A stretch of 64,000 nt of DNA, taken from positions 104,105,741-104,169,740 of the forward strand of contig CM041465.1 of assembly GCA_023213395.1 (NCBI GenBank), written 5' to 3'. This DNA comes from Cycas panzhihuaensis. Lineage: Eukaryota; Plantae; Cycadophyta. Below are positions 35,312-50,500 of this stretch, one piece after another. Position numbers and translations under genes: made by a program. Numbering within the stretch: the first letter of the stretch is position 1; the number at the start of each line of letters is the position of its first letter. A model generated the notes under the pieces. It was not told where the DNA came from. It made no database searches and worked only from the letters and a program-made list of their open reading frames with translations.

Positions 35312-38300
35312 CGAAATGATCCTAAATTGAATCTACTTCCACAAACACAAAATAAAACTAAAATAAAATTTAAATACGTAAAATTACTTCAAGAAGCAAG
35401 TGCTAAATAAAATTAGGATTAACTAATAAATAAAATTTACATAATGAAACATGGGTCTCCCCTATTTATAGATGTCAATATGATTCCTTATTTTAAAAAA
35501 AAAACTTCAATAATAGCATTAATAATAAAATATTAACTTCCTAATATAAAAATTAACTTCATATTAATTAAAAATATTAATTCATTAATAATAATAATAA
35601 TAAAATTGACTTCTAATAAAATACCAACTTTCCCTCAATGGAATATGATCACTCTAATCCATCCCTCCTTCAAAGAATACTCTGCCCATGAAGTATTTAT
35701 AATTTTATTTGCTTAAAAGTCTAGATTATATATATCCTTGTGTATATATCTTTAATCCTCCATTTGTTAAGACTTGAATATCATAAGTTTAAGATTCTCT
35801 ATTATCTTGTCATCTTAAAACAACCCATATATATCCTCTTTTAATTTGTGATATTTCTCTATCTAGAACTACTTTCATATTTGACTCTCTCCTTGATTGA
35901 TTTTCAGATTGGAGTATTTTAAAGTCTTGCATCCTAGTTACATATTATATCTAGTTATAATTGTCCTTAAGGGGAAATCAAGGGATTAGAAGGGAAAGGT
36001 ATGGAATATAGAAATTATATTAGGAAGGTAAATTTTAGAAATAAAAGGTAAGAATAAAAAGGTGGGATTACATATAAGGGGTATATAATTAAGGATTAAA
36101 TTACATGAGAGGAGGTATATATGGGTATATATTAAGGATAGTGGAATCACATCTATAGGATGGTCTTCTATGCTTAGAAGGAAATAACTAGCTGAGGTAC
36201 GGTTAGGCTATAGATGGGATCCTAATGGCAAGAAAGAACACCACGCAGGCTGTTCGTGCGCCGGAGCACGAATTCGAGACCCACTAATGGTGCCCAATTG
36301 CCTTAGGGTAATCTTCAGAAAGAGGACGCAAGGTGAGGCCTTGGGTCACCCCAAAGGAGGAGGCCCACCTACCCCTTGGATGGCTGAGAAGAGGAAGTGG
36401 GACTCTAGAAGGTAGTGCCTTCCCGCAAGAGGGAAGAGGCAATGCATGATTAGGTGTGTGAGAGATGCGATGACCTAACTCAAATGGAAGAGGGATGTAG
36501 GCTAGGACTAGGTTGTTATGTGATAAGTAAAGCAAGTACACTAAAAGAACCAAATGCAAGTCTAGGGATGGATGGTCCTACGTGTGGGTTAGATGGGGCT
36601 TAAGAGGTGTGCAACTCACGCCTAAGTCCTATCTACACACAAGGTGAACGACTATGGAAAAGAATTTATAAATGCAAAAAAAAGTACGTTCATTCCCTTT
36701 TTGTTTCATATATGGCTTTAACATACGAAGTTTGCATAAAAGAACAACAGAAAAAAGACAAAGAAGGGAGAAGGAGTACTTGGGAGAGAAGCGTGGTTGA
36801 AACGTCGCGCCCTTCCACTCCTTTTACACTCGTCCACTCGAACTCGTTGCACTGGTGTGGGGCTAGTTGATGATGGTTGCTGGAAATGGACGAGGGGCTA
36901 CCTTACCTTCCCTGATATGTGAAAGTAAAGTAGCAAAAAAGAAACAAAGAAGGAACCAAAAGCACTACTAGCTAGGGACTCACCTGTCAAAGATGTCCAC
37001 CTCTTTCGTACTTTCACTACTGCGAACCTGCCAATCACAAAAAAAAGGTTTCTCCCTCCTAGAGAAGGTGGCTGCCAAGTACATCTAATATGTATATAAA
37101 TACAAAAGATAACTAATAAATCAAGCTAAAAGTATTACACTCTACTCCAAAACCACCAAGCAAATCTCAGGTCTAAGCAGCGCTAAGCAACAACTAAGAT
37201 AAGGAGGTTAGCCTCAGAATGGCCAACCTACCCGCAAGTACCTCTACGTAGCCTCAATGGGAAAAAACTAGAGTGTGATGGTTGTTTAGGACAGTAAGTA
37301 AAAGAGATAATAAACCAATGGAATGGTGCATGGGTAGACTTAAGAGACGAAGTGCTATGGGTAATAAATCATCACATTGGGGTAAGCCGAGGATAAAAAA
37401 CCAAACTAGGACAGGATTAGGCGCTTATATGATGCCCAAAACTTGAGAGTGCAGGTCTGAAACTAGCATGGTAAAGGCTGCCAACACTGATTTCAAAACT
37501 GAAATAAGCCTCTCACTATCCCTAACCCAACTCCAGAGAGAGGCATGGAGCGAAAGAGGAAGGAAGGGAAGGGTAAACCCTTGGGGAGAAGGCCAACAAG
37601 GGGACGAATCTCACCTTTCTCTCTTCGCCCAACCTTATGCAACCCTCTTACATAGCCACCCTAGAGTGGGCTCGTAGGAGAAGAGAGGAGAAATACTGCA
37701 AGGCAAGGAGCAAGAGGCAAGCTCCTCTGAAATGAAAGGAGAGGAGTAAAGATTGACCCAAAACTTCTCATAAAGGAAAGGGAAAAACACAAGAAAACCT
37801 AAAGGACTTTAAAGGAGTACCTATAAGGTAGAAAGAGGGAGCCTTATTCTACCAAAAATTAGAGGAAAAAACCTATGTCAAGTAGGCTTTTCAGACCTGG
37901 GCTAAAGGGGAGGCAAACATGGATGTCGCTCTTAGTTCCTGGAGTTTGCTCGTTGATACGCCATGAATACTCTCCTTCCACAAAATAGACCTACAAAAAG
38001 AAGCTTGGATCTACTGGAGTAGGGCTTGAGATGTAGTAGATGCACCTGTGGAAGAGGAGTCAGAGTAGAGGAACAGATCTTAAGGAGGTTGGAGAGCATG
38101 AGCTAGGAGTAGAGAGCAAAAACTGAGTGAAGAAGAGAGCAAATGAATTCGTTTTTGGGTTTTATACTCATCCCAACCCTAAATGAACGTTTAGGGTTAT
38201 GGTGGGGGTGAGTACTCAAGGGCGCCACATGGTAATTCCACAAAAAGAGTAGGAATCACCAAGGTGGTTTAAAAAAATGAATTTAAATAGTCGCACCGCA

Positions 38301-41077
38301 GCAAACTTTGCAGTACCGTGGTAAACTTTACGGTACTGCTTAGTTTGTAGTGGTGTAGGACTAAAAGCCAAAATGAAGATAGAACCAAGGCTTAGAGCCA
38401 AATAGAAGGGTGTGTAGAAGCTTGACAGGCTAGGAGCTCATGCCTAGGTGGCTGGCAAGTGGCCAAAAGAGAGAAATGAGTCTTAGGGAGGTCCTATCAC
38501 ACCTAGAAGGGGACTCAAAGTGGTGACAGGAGAGTTGATACAAGCAGATCGTGACCAACAACCATGTTTGAGGAGTTGTGGAGGTGTTGCGGGTAGTTGA
38601 GTGCCATATGGGGTGCATGACTCGTTGAGGAGTGCCCCATGGTGGGTCATCATAGGCTAAATAGTGTGCGGCAGGCACACGCAATGTGATCAAGCAAAGA
38701 AGGCAATGCAATCACATAAATAGCAAGCAAGCGTGCATCAAACAATACTCTAAATAACTTCTACCAAGTAATAGCGAGGATGAAAGTGAGAAGTATATAC
38801 CTGTGCTTACCTGAATCGACTTATCTCAAGTCCATTCCCAGTAGCCAGGAAATAGATAGGGAACTGAAAAACGTAAGGCATAGAGGATATAAATGTGTTA
38901 TTTCAAGGGGAAAACTAAAAGGAAGCATATATGGAAATTTGAATAAGGAATGTTATATATGATGGCTAGGTTGGATAAGAGATAGACAAAAAGAATTTAT
39001 GGGTGATAAAGGTGTTATTATATAGAATGAAGGGTAAATAAATTTAGATCTACTAGTAAAATTAGGATTTAATTAGGATAAGGAAAATGAGTGGGGAATA
39101 AGGGCCAAGAATTCCTTATGGGAAAAGTATTTTAGTAATGGCATGTATAGATGATTTGTAGGGTGATATAAACGGTTAAGGGGAAATAACATAGGTTAGT
39201 GAGAAGGATAGTGGTAATGAGGGTAGGGGTGTAGAGGAAAAAAGAATAATGATTTATAAAGGGTAATAACATTAGAGGTTGATACTAATTGACAAAAGGT
39301 TGGAATACGAGAGATATGGGGGTGATGATAAAGAAACTTCATAGGGAATAGGAAATGAAAGGGTACTTTAAGTAGAATAGGAATTTCACTTATTAGGAAT
39401 AGGGAACCTAGGGTTTTAGGTTCTGATTTATTTATAGGACTTTATGATATAGGGGATGAGAAAATTTTCAAGGCTATAGAATTTGGGAAATCAAGATGAA
39501 TAAGGAAACTTTTAAAAGAAATAGATTAGTGCACGATAAGACCTGATTTTAAAATAAGTACCTTCTTAGAGATGTTTTATACCTCAATTTCTTCCTCAGC
39601 CTTTCATTGATAGGTATTTCCTCATTTGATATCTCCCTACTAATGGTTATTTCCATGTTTAATTCATGTATACCATTTGTATTTTCACCATACTATTCAT
39701 TGATAAGGTCTTTGTTAGATTGTTCTTTAATTTATTAAGTTGGTTGTTTCCTTTCTTCTACCTAATCTTCTACTTTCTCCTAATGAATTCCTAATTTGGC
39801 CATGATTTCCTAAGTTCTATTGTTAATTTCTTGAAGAAGATTTTCATGGTCTTCCTCTTGATATTTATTCTTAAAATTTATAAAGTCTTCCTCAAAGGTA
39901 GATTTACTAGTGTACTTATTCTAATACTCAAGCCACCACCTCCTAATTTATTGATAAAAGAGTACCAAAAGTCTTTTTTAGAAGAGTTTCCACTAAATTC
40001 AATGAGACATATCAGAGGTACATGCATGAATGTTTCCACCCAAATATGGCTCAATAATTGTATATAATTCATATTTTAATGTTTTAGTAATTTTAAAACA
40101 TGCTTCAACCTTATCTAACTATTCTATAGGTTGTAATTCTTCCTCCCTAATGAAAATAGGGATATTTAGCTCTATTATTAAATATTAATTTTAAATAATA
40201 ATTACTATAATAAATAATCTCTAAACAACATCAAATTATAACTCAAAATGATAGCCTCTAAATCAGGATTCTAATGCTTCAAACAAAATTGAATTATCAT
40301 ACTTGTAACGAAAGTTATGACCCTTTTAAGGTGGGTCATTATTAAAGTTTTTAATGACTATAATACTACCTCTCACCAAAATGTAGATAACTTTTTATTT
40401 TGATATCTAATAGATCTAAAATCACTTGTAATAGGACTAGACACTGTGGTACATAGATTCATAAAAAATTCAAGGTTAATCAGACACTTATGGCTAAAGT
40501 TATAATTATTTAAAATTGCAATAATAGATTTCAGGCCATAGAAATAGTAGTATACAATAGAACAAAACTAAATTCCTTGTAATTTTTATAATTTTGTTCC
40601 AAATCATATAGTGTAAATATTTAAAATTTATAGAATAGGCATAGTTTACTCAAATATTTGATTAATTTTTTATGATCCTTCCGTTCATACTCTAAAAAAT
40701 GTAGATCCTTGATATGCCAAAATAGTACTCTAATATCACTTGAAGTGATCTTAAATTGGATCTACTTCCACAAACATAAAATAAAATTGAAACAAAAAAT
40801 GAATAGAAAAAATTGCACTAGGTACCAAATATCAAATAAAATTAGGATTAACCTAAAACTAAAACTTACATAATGAAATAAGGATCTCCCTTATTTATAG
40901 GTGTCAATATGATTTGTTATTAAAAGAATTCACTTTAATAATAGTAATAATAATAAAATACCAACATCTTAATATAAAAATTAACTTCATATTAATTAAA
41001 ACTACCAACCTTAATTAATAATAGAATCAATTTTTAATAAAATACTAACTTCCCTTTAATGGAATGCAATCACTACA
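35312..41077 (-). mobile_element. Non-autonomous gypsy-derived LTR element inserted in the RT
   Basis: LTRs 35312-35656 and 40741-41077; TSD TTGCA (35307-35311 / 41078-41082); decayed PBS rc ctctaatatca at ~40729; PPT rc atccctcctt; gag remnant at ~39800-40160. Confidence 0.88.
36142..38854 (-). mobile_element. Solo LTR-like repeat (copy 2 of the 3821-6330 family)
   Basis: Reverse-complement homology to 3821-6330. Candidate TSD GATAG (36137-36141 / 38855-38859) with termini TG...TA. It interrupts a purine-rich tract of the host element. Confidence 0.65.
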
Positions 41078-43186
41078 TTGCAAATAGATGATAAGAAAAT
41101 TAGAGCCATTGTTGAAGGGTCTATACCTATGAATATAACTAAGGTTAAGAGCTTCCATGTTGTAGCTAAATTTATAATAAGTTTATTAGAAATTTCAATG
41201 GTATCATTACCACCTTAACAGATTGTACTATAGGAAAGGAGTTTGTTTATAATAAGGTGACAAAGAAGAGCTTCAAGCTAATGAAGCAAAAGGTGATAGA
41301 GGTATTTGTGTTAGCATTACTAGATTTTAAAAAGATGTTTGAGGTCAATTGTGATGCTTCTTATGTAGCTATTAGGTTCATATTAACTTAGGAAGAAAGA
41401 CTAATAGTATTTTATAGTAAAAATTTGAATGAGATGAGAAAGAAATATTCTACTTATGACATAGAATTTTATGTTATTATGTAAGCTCTAATGCATTGGC
41501 AACACTATTTTGTGCCTAAGGAGTTCATTTTGTTTACAGATCACCAAGCATTAAGGTATGTAAATACATTAACATAATTGAATACTAGGCATGCAAAATG
41601 GGTATCACATTTATAGGGATTTATGTTTATTTTAAAGTATAAATTAGGAAAACAAAATTAGGTTGTTAATGCCTCAAGAAAATGGGTAGCATTAATAACC
41701 ACTATGGCAAGTGAAGAGATTAGGTTTGATATTTTAAGAGATTTGTATGGTATTAATCCTAATTTTAGCAAAGTTATAGAATACTACAAGAATCCATTAG
41801 CTAATGGGAGTCGACTTGAGTATGATGCTTATTTGATGTAAGATGGGTATTTGTTTAAAAGAAAGCAACTATTCTAGTTGTGTCCATGAGAGATACTATG
41901 ATAAGAGAAATGCATAATGGAGGACTTAGAGAGAACTTTGAACGAAACAAAACCATAACCATGGTGGAGAAAAAATAATTTTGGCTAATGATTAAATAGA
42001 ATATTTCTAAATATGTGGCTACGTATAGGATTTGTTAGTTAACTAAAGGGCATGTATAGAACACTTGACTCTACATGTTGTTACCAGTTCTGAAGGGGCC
42101 ACGAATGGATTTGAGCATGGATTTTATGTTTGGATTTCCTAACACCCAATGAGGTAGTGACTCTATTTTTATTATTGTTGATAATTTTTAAAAATTAGTG
42201 TATTTTATTACTTATAAAAAGACTAGCGATGTAACTAAAATAATATATTTATTTTTCAAGGAGGTTGCTAGGTTGTATGAGGTGCTCAAGACCATAACTT
42301 TAGATAAGGATACTAAAATTTTAAGTCACTTATAAAAAACCTTATAAAAGAATTTAGGGACAAGGCTATAATTTAGTAGTACATACCACTCACATACTGA
42401 TGGGTAAATAGAGGTGGTGAATAGGAGTTTAGCAAACTTATTAAGGTGTATTATTGGAGAGAAGCCTAAGCAATGAAATTTGACATGACTATAAATAGAA
42501 TTTATCTATAATAGTTTTATGAATAGATCTATTGGTAAGTCCCCATCTTAAATTATATATATGGTAGGAATCTAAAGGGAATATTAGATTTGGCCTTGTT
42601 ACTCATTGAAGATAACATCAATGATGATATAAAAGCTTTTGTAGAACACATATAATAGGTGCATGATGAGGTGAAGAGGAAGTTATAGGATAATAATAAT
42701 AAATATAAGGTAACAATAAATCTAAAAATAAGAAACAAGGTAATTACAAAGGGGGATTTGGTAAAGGTGTACTTAAGGAAGGATAAATTTCCTCAAGGCA
42801 CATACAATAAACTAAAATATAAGAAGATAGGTTATTATAAGATTATGAAGAAAATCAATGACAATGCTTTTAAGGTAAATCTACCCCATGACCTTGACAT
42901 CCTACTTATTTTTAATGTTTTTGATTTATATTATTTTTATGAAGGAGAAGATAAGGTAGAAGTTGAAGTAGAAGAGGTGAAATGGGAACCACAAATATCT
43001 AAGAAGAAGAGAGAAGAAATTAAGGAGGTATTAGATAGGAAAATAATTTACATAACACAAGCCAAATATAATAAGTATTTGGTTCAATGCAAGGTGCTCT
43101 AATAAGAAGATAATACTTGGATTTCTAAAAGTAAACTAAATAAACTCAATATGGACAAGTGGCAAGAGTTCTAGCATAGCAACTAA
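41078..43186 (+). pseudogene. Gypsy RT end, RNase H, integrase and chromodomain
   Basis: FEVNCDAS, YSTYDIEFY, FTDHQALRY, DLSMDF, HTDG*IEVVNRSL, KIMKKINDNAFKVNLP; chromodomain EIKEVLDRK...KYLVQCK..EDNTWI (~43015-43170). Confidence 0.92.
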
Positions 43187-43850
43187 TAGGAGCTATGTTC
43201 TTTTCAAGTGGGAGAGGATGATGCAGGAGCATCTAGAAAATGTTGTTTACTAGAAATGGCATAAGTCAATGCCATGTAATCAAAAGTATAGAGTATTGTA
43301 TATCAAAAGGACAATCTTAAAAAGATGCACAAGTTTTAAAGTAATTTTACTACTATATGGATATTATGAATCCATTTTAGGCCCAAAATATATCATTTGG
43401 TTGTCTAAAATTTTAGTTTAAGATTTATTTTTCAATTTTATAAAAAATTATGGGTGTCAATTTTCTTAGTTAGGAGATTGGTTTTACTTTATTAGAGTTC
43501 CCAAAGGTTGTGTGATATATTTAACTAATAATGGGTCAATTTTTATGTAATTTGAAGTGCTTTTAAAACTTAATAAAAATAGAAAATTTTAGATTTAAGG
43601 GTTTTCTCACTCCAAGTTTGATTTCTAATTTTAGAGGATAGTAGTTAGGTATTTTACATGGCCAAAGGCCACATATTTGGATAGATATGCATTATAAAAA
43701 TGCTTGGTTTTTAGTTTTTTGAAGATTTTACAATGGAAAACTAGAAATTTGTAAAAGATTATTCTTGTGTGGAGAGCTTGGTTGTATTTTCTTTAAGATA
43801 TATTATTCTACTTGCATGTTTGTATTGTCAAAGAGATTATCACTCCATTA

Positions 43851-44100
43851 CTAACATGTGAAAAAGGACCCTAGTGGTTAGTGATAGCTATAAAATTTTA
43901 TATAAAGGCCACATATATTCACCAATAGAATTAAAAGGTAGTTTATCCTACTAATGATATTCTATGTAAGAGGCCTCTTTCATCTATTTAAGACCAACTC
44001 AATATAAAATGATGATTATTATATATTGATAACTTTTATGAGATTGTACTTGAATATAACTTTAGTAATCTTTGGTGATCTTTAATACCCTTATAAGTCC
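43851..44100 (-). mobile_element. Continuation of the LINE (AP endonuclease) beyond the gypsy insertion
   Basis: Minus-strand SRINYLL (cf. SRID.FL) at ~43955-43935, at the expected distance upstream of the SDH-like motif at ~27705. Confidence 0.55.
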
Positions 44101-44169
44101 AATATTTTCTATAATAAGTTTTCATCTTCTAATGAAAATGCTTTATCTATTGCTTAAGTCTTATTATTT

Positions 44170-44246
44170 TATCCTTTGAGATTGAAGTGAATCGAGTGTA
44201 TGGAAAAATATTGGGACAAACACGTCTCAAGTGGTGTTAGAGCTTG
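44170..44246 (+). mobile_element. Isolated LTR-end/PBS fragment
   Basis: ...gtctca-ag-TGGTGTTAGAGC, resembling a decayed iMet PBS; no partner LTR found. Confidence 0.35.
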
Positions 44247-47200
44247 GTTTACAAGACTACTTGAAGTAGCAAAGCATGATTATGAAGAATCAGAATAGTA
44301 AATGAGCAAAAAAAAGAGGAATACTTTTTTTCCCCTATGGTGAAAATTTTTGAAACTCTTTTGTTTGATTCATTTGCTTATCTGCTATATTTTTGTTTGG
44401 GTACTCTCTTTACATTATCTTTCCTTTAATTAATTATAAAGATTGAGGAAAAATAATAAACCCTTTCTTGTAACCTTTTTATCTTCCTAAGAGAGTCTAA
44501 GTAGAGACCTTATTTTAGGGGTCTTTAAACATTCATGGGTAGTTGCCATTCTTAGCTAAGTGTACTTAAGTATATGATAGTATATGAAGTGAAGCAAGTC
44601 ACCTACTTACACAAGCCTTAGATATCACCTACATATGGAAGTGAGCTTACATGTATCTTCAAGTATATGGGATGACCTCGTTAGGTCCCCTTTCTATCCC
44701 AAAATAGGAATCTTATTGACTATTGAAAATTTGTAGTGCACTAGTTAGTAGTTAGCTCTAGGAAGTTACCTTTCCTAAACACTTCAACATAACTATCGTA
44801 ATTATGGGTATGGTAAACTTTCATAGTTATTGCTTTGAGAAATTGGGTTAAGTGATTAGTATCTACTGAGAAGTTTATTAAAAGGCCTACAAATTACTCA
44901 AGCCCTATGTCTAAAGTCTTCTTAAATCTTGGTTGTTTGAATATAGTTTTGCATTATCATACTACAAATTATAGTGTTCCCAAAATAAATAAGAAGTCAT
45001 TTTTTTAGAGAGGGAATTATTATTAGGAAGTTGATTTTTAAGAAGATTAAAGAATGAATCATTTAATATATTATGTTATGAAGTTAATTTTTTTAGAGAG
45101 AGAATTAGGAGTTGGTTTTAAGAGAGAAAATAAAGGCTATAAATAGAAAATCCTTGATCGTTTATAAAATAAATCTTGAAGAATTCATTATACTTAGGAT
45201 AATGGCAACATGACATTAGGCCATATCCATGCCAAATTGGAGAATTGCTCTTACTTTGAAGAGGATTACAATTACTAGATATTGTACTAGGTTTTGGAGC
45301 AAAATTTTAAAAATTATAGGGAATTTAATTTTGCCCTATTGTTCATCATCGTTTTTAGGTCCTAAGACTTCAAATGGCCATAACTTTTGTTATACGTATC
45401 AAATTGACCTCATTTTTTTTTTTAATCAGTGTAACTTTAGTGGTTTTAGATCTATTAGATATTGGAGTAAAAAGTTATTAATATTTTAGTAATAGATTAC
45501 TCAGAAAAAATAAAATTTTAATTTGGAGATCTAGTTCTAAAGTTATTGCTATTTTAGTGGAGGGTACTGCTATTGCTCTAATTTTTTTTTTTTTTATCTG
45601 ACTTGTGGGAGGTATTGTAGGAATTAGAAAGCTCCAAATTACCTCAAACTAGGCCAATTAGAGATGTTTTGAAGTTCTTTCCACTTAGAGAAAGGAATCA
45701 GTCAACTTAGGTTAGTGAAGAAAAAGTTATATCACTTTTGTTTTATTTTTGAAAAGGGGCTACTTGGACATTTTCATCCAACTTAGGCTATAGGTACTAG
45801 ATTGAAGTGCCGTATAAACCATTAGAGTCTTGGTTCATAGTCGATCATTATAAATGGTCAAATATAAAAAAATTGACTAGTGGATGATATAGATTTTAAT
45901 CATTGAAGTACAACCTTCATTGATAAAGGGGAAAAAATTGGATATAGATTTTGTTAATCTAGAGGAATATAATGACATAAAAAAATGGATAGAAAGCATC
46001 AAGATCATTCATTAATTTATGTTCAATATAAAAATTAAAGAGTATGGACTAGTCTTAGAAATATTACTCAATAGAAGAGCTCATGATTGGTTTGTTAATT
46101 GGAGTAAAGAAGCTTTCATACTTAGCCAATGGTACCAACTTTCATATGCTTCTATCATAGCTTTTCAGAGGAAGAAATAAGGTAAAGTTTAAGTAGAGAG
46201 AATACCTCAACACCTATAGACTCACGAGTAGGGTAAGAATACCAAGGTATCAAAGTAGTTAGACAAATTAGCAGAGATAGAAGAAGAAGTGGTAGAAGAA
46301 GAAGAACAAACTACAATTGATGAGGTCTCAAAAACCTTGTAGGAACACAAACAAAAACCAATTTAGGGGAATCAACTCAATTGCATTGAAGACTTAAAGT
46401 AGGGATATATGATATCTAATCACCTGATAGAAGAGTCTTATGAGAGTTAAATCATAATTAAAGAAGGGACCTAAGGAGAAGTTACATAGGAGTAGTATGA
46501 AGACATGGAAGAGCAAGCAAAAAAATAACTAGTGGATGAATCTAAAGAAGAACCTTTATAGGCCATATGCGAATCCAATGAGGTACTCAAGGTAGCTCTC
46601 AATCTTATATTACATATGTATATTTCATTTGCTAGATTAATCTATCCTTTCTCATTTCTGACTTCAATAATAATAGAAAAACCCTCGTTTCCCTATCCCA
46701 TAGTTAGCCAAAATACTAATCCCCTTAGCTCTCATTTCATCATAGGATAAATCATAATCCCCTTTTATAACCCTAGTCTAATATTATCTTTATATAAATT
46801 CCCCCCCTCCCTCCCTTCCCCCCCCCCCCAAAGATTTTCTCCTATTAAGCTATTTTAAACCATCCATCTTCACTTCATCAGGTTTCATCACATAGTATGA
46901 TGATTACTCCCTATATAACCCCATTTAGTCCATCCTAACCTCCTCCTCTTCCACATTACCAAACTTATTTTTTCTTTATTAGATCCTTTATTTTATCTAA
47001 ATATCTTTCATAAAACCCTATTAAACTCTTTTTTTTATAAAGAACATATATTATTAATCTCTCATCTTGTTAAAATATAATAGCATCTTCTTGTATTTTT
47101 ATGTAGTTATAAATTAAGTCATTACTTAATGTTGTATTCTTAGTTGAGGGTCATCACCCTACCTTTACCTCACTACCATCTCATGAGATATGTTCGATAT

Positions 47201-47530
47201 GAGACCTAATCAAATATGAGCATATAAGGTCCAATCCACATTCACCATTTCCAAAGTGTGAGACATAGAGCCCTCTATAAATTAAGGTTATGTCTGCAAT
47301 GATAAAATAATCTTTGATGAGAGTCCAAACTCTATCAAAAATTTGTGTTATGTATTACTAATTTTATTATTCATTATATTGGATTATATCCAATTTATAA
47401 TCCTCCTCATATTATGTTTATTGAATATGTGCATGATATATTTTGATAAGTATATTTTTTTGATACAAGAGAGTTAAGATCCTATCTTCTATAATTAGAT
47501 TAATTTTAATTTTATAAATTAGTAATAGAG

Positions 47531-50500
47531 TGAGATTATCTCAAGTGAACTTCTTCAGAAAGGTCTCCATTAAGAAAATCACTATTGACATTCATCTGAT
47601 AGACAAGCTATTTGAACTAAGCTGTAAGTGACATAATAAGATAAAATATTATTGTTTGGAAATAGGTGCAAAGGTTTTATTATAGTCAATACTTTCTTAT
47701 TATTTAAAGCCTTTCACAATAAGATGCATTTTATGTCTTTAAATGGAGCCATTAACATGATACTTAGTTTTATAAAGCCAATGGTAATCAATTGGCTTCT
47801 TTCTAGGAGGCAATTCAGTGATCTCTTAAGCATTATTTTTTAAGATGGAATACATCTCTTCATCCATAGTTTCCTACCACATTTGGTCTTTGATTGCCTT
47901 CTCAAAGGTTAAAGGCTTGGGGAGTGTTGAGAACTTATGCTATTAAAGAAAATTTTGTTATATGCCTTAACTTAGATTACCTTTTTGGTACTATAGGAGG
48001 TGATGGTACATCTGCCATAACTTTTAAATACCACTTAGGAAGTTTCTTAATACTTTTAGCTTCAACATGTATGTCATCCAAAGACAAAGGTGGTAATGCA
48101 AAGGTTGTTATATAAGTAGATGGAGATGTAGAAGAAGTGGATGATTAACTTAGAGTATGTGAAGTTGAAGGAGCAGAAGGGTCCATAATTGATGTAGGAA
48201 GAGCTTCTAAAAAATCAACATCATCATCTAACAAAAACTATAGTTGAGATTGATCTAAGTTTTGATTGTCTTTAATAAATATAACATCTTGAGATAAGTA
48301 TGCCTATCTTCCAATAGGGTCATATACCTTGTAAGCTTTACACTAAGGTATGTAGCCTATGAAGATGAATTTTAAGCTTTTATCATCAAGTTTCTTTTTA
48401 TTTTCCTTTACAACAAAATTATAGGTAGTATATTTAAATATTCTAAGGTGAGAGACTATAGGCTTTTATCTTGACCAAGCTTCCTTGGGTGTCATGTTTC
48501 TAATAATTGAAGTCGAGCTCCTATTTGTTAAGTAAGTAGCACTATGAATAGCTTTAGCCTAGAATGAATCAACAAGGTTTATAGCTTTAACCATTGCTTT
48601 AGTCTTGTTGACCAATATTTTATGCATGCACTAACACCATTTTGCTAAGAAGTTTAAGGAGATGAAAACTATATTTAATGCCATATTCTTTATAGAAATT
48701 AGGGAACTGATTTGAAGTACATTCACCTCCATTATCTTTTTGCATGATTGTAATTATCAAACAAGATTCATTTTCCACTTTAGCTTTAAAGTTCTTAAAC
48801 TTGTCGAAGGCTTTAAACTTGTTCTTTAGAAAGTAGACTTAAACATTTTGAGAATAATCATTGATGAAAGTGATAAAGTACAAACTACTATTAAGTGAAG
48901 GCATTGATATAGGTCCATAAATTTTTGAGTGAACCAAGCCCAATGGTTCAGTTATGCACTAAGCTTTCTTGGACTAAAAGGGTTCCTTATTTTGTTTTCT
49001 AACAATGCAGGCTTCTTAGAAACATTTATATTGTTTGATCTTTGGTAACCCATGTACCATTTAAAGTCAAAACATGAGATTAAGATTCTACATATTTAGA
49101 TGACCATGGCATTAATGCAAAGTTGATCCTTAGTACACTTTTGAGTAAGTTGCTCTTGACTATGAGAGGATTCTTCTTGTATTTCAATAGATGGGTCTTT
49201 TTTAATAATTTAGTAGCCTTTATTTAGTTGATTAGACTACACAATGGCATGGGTTCTAATCATGTACAGTGGAAAGTAAGACACCATTAAATTTATAGAG
49301 TCCATTGTCTTCATGTCCTATTACTACTACTTGATCAACTGAGTGGTTTAAAATATAGCATGTTCCCTAGATAAAGAGTACATCAAAGTTTTACTTATCA
49401 ATTTGACTAACAAATAGTAGGTTTTGTTTTATACTAAGAACATAATGAAATTGTTTATATGGTGTTGAATGTCTAAATTTTTTAGGGCTATAAGAGCTTT
49501 CCTAATATTAGCCACATCATATGTTATATCATCAATAAACATGATTATCTATACCTGAGTATGTGTGATGTCTTTCAGTAGTTCTTTAGTGCCTATCATA
49601 TGATGAGTAGTACCAAAGTCAATCAACTAGGAGTTATTGGCATGAGGAGAAGAGAGTACGACAAAGAATATATTTTGGGAATTGACTAGGGAATTGGCCA
49701 CATGGCCTCCTTGCTAAAAATTCTTATTATTATCTTGATTTTGATTCTTAGGTTGATTTCTTTATTATTGCCTATTACTGCAACCATAGACTCTATTCTA
49801 TTATTGATATGGGCATCCTTATTGTCTAGTTGAGTTTTATATAGGTTGTAGATTAGATTCTCTTTTTGTGAATTCTATGATTACATGCCCAGGTTTGTCA
49901 TAATATAGGCAGGTATATTGTCTCCTATATTGGATTCTTGTTTATTGTGGTGGTTGGTTCAAATTCATTAAACTAAACTATTAGGTAAGAAGTTGCTATT
50001 GAGACTAATTTCTCTCATAATTCCTAGTAGTGAATATAGGAGCACTATTAGAAGAGGATGCTACTCCTTGACAGTTCATGATACCTTCTTCCTTTAGCAA
50101 TAATCCTTCCAAGATATTGAAGTCCATAGTGGCAAAGCGATTAGATAAATGAGAGATAAAATTATTGTATATAGAGGGAAAGATATATATAACATTGGCA
50201 ACAAGGTCATGGTTCAAAGGAGGAGCTCTAAGAGTATTACGTTGGTTAATAATGGACTTAACTTTGGTCATATATGAGGGAATAGAATCAAAAAAATGAA
50301 TGGCATATAAGCATGCTTTTAGTATAAGCACTCTAATGTTGTCCTTCCACTCATAAAGGAAATATATAATGTTCTAGGCTTCATGAGAGGTATCTATCAT
50401 TTTAATGTTTTGGTCCACATTGTCCTCCATGAGTAGGAAAAGGAAGGATAGAGCTATAATATCCTTAACTCTAAAGGTAGCAAGGGCATTAGGGTCTATA

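Larger units (their letters stand above)
27781..43850 (+). mobile_element. Ty3/gypsy chromovirus (CRM-like gag) with nested insertions
   Basis: 5' LTR 27781-28234 + 32530-32714; PBS tggtattagagc 32717-32728; PPT gtgggagagga 43208-43218; 3' LTR 43219-43850; TSD TTAAC/CTAAC. It splits the LINE endonuclease. Confidence 0.92.

Noticed and set aside
36163-38887. tcttctatgctta / taaggcatagagga as terminal inverted repeats of a DNA transposon
   Set aside because: Short and imperfect, with no TSD at those ends; homology to copy 1 ends at 38854.
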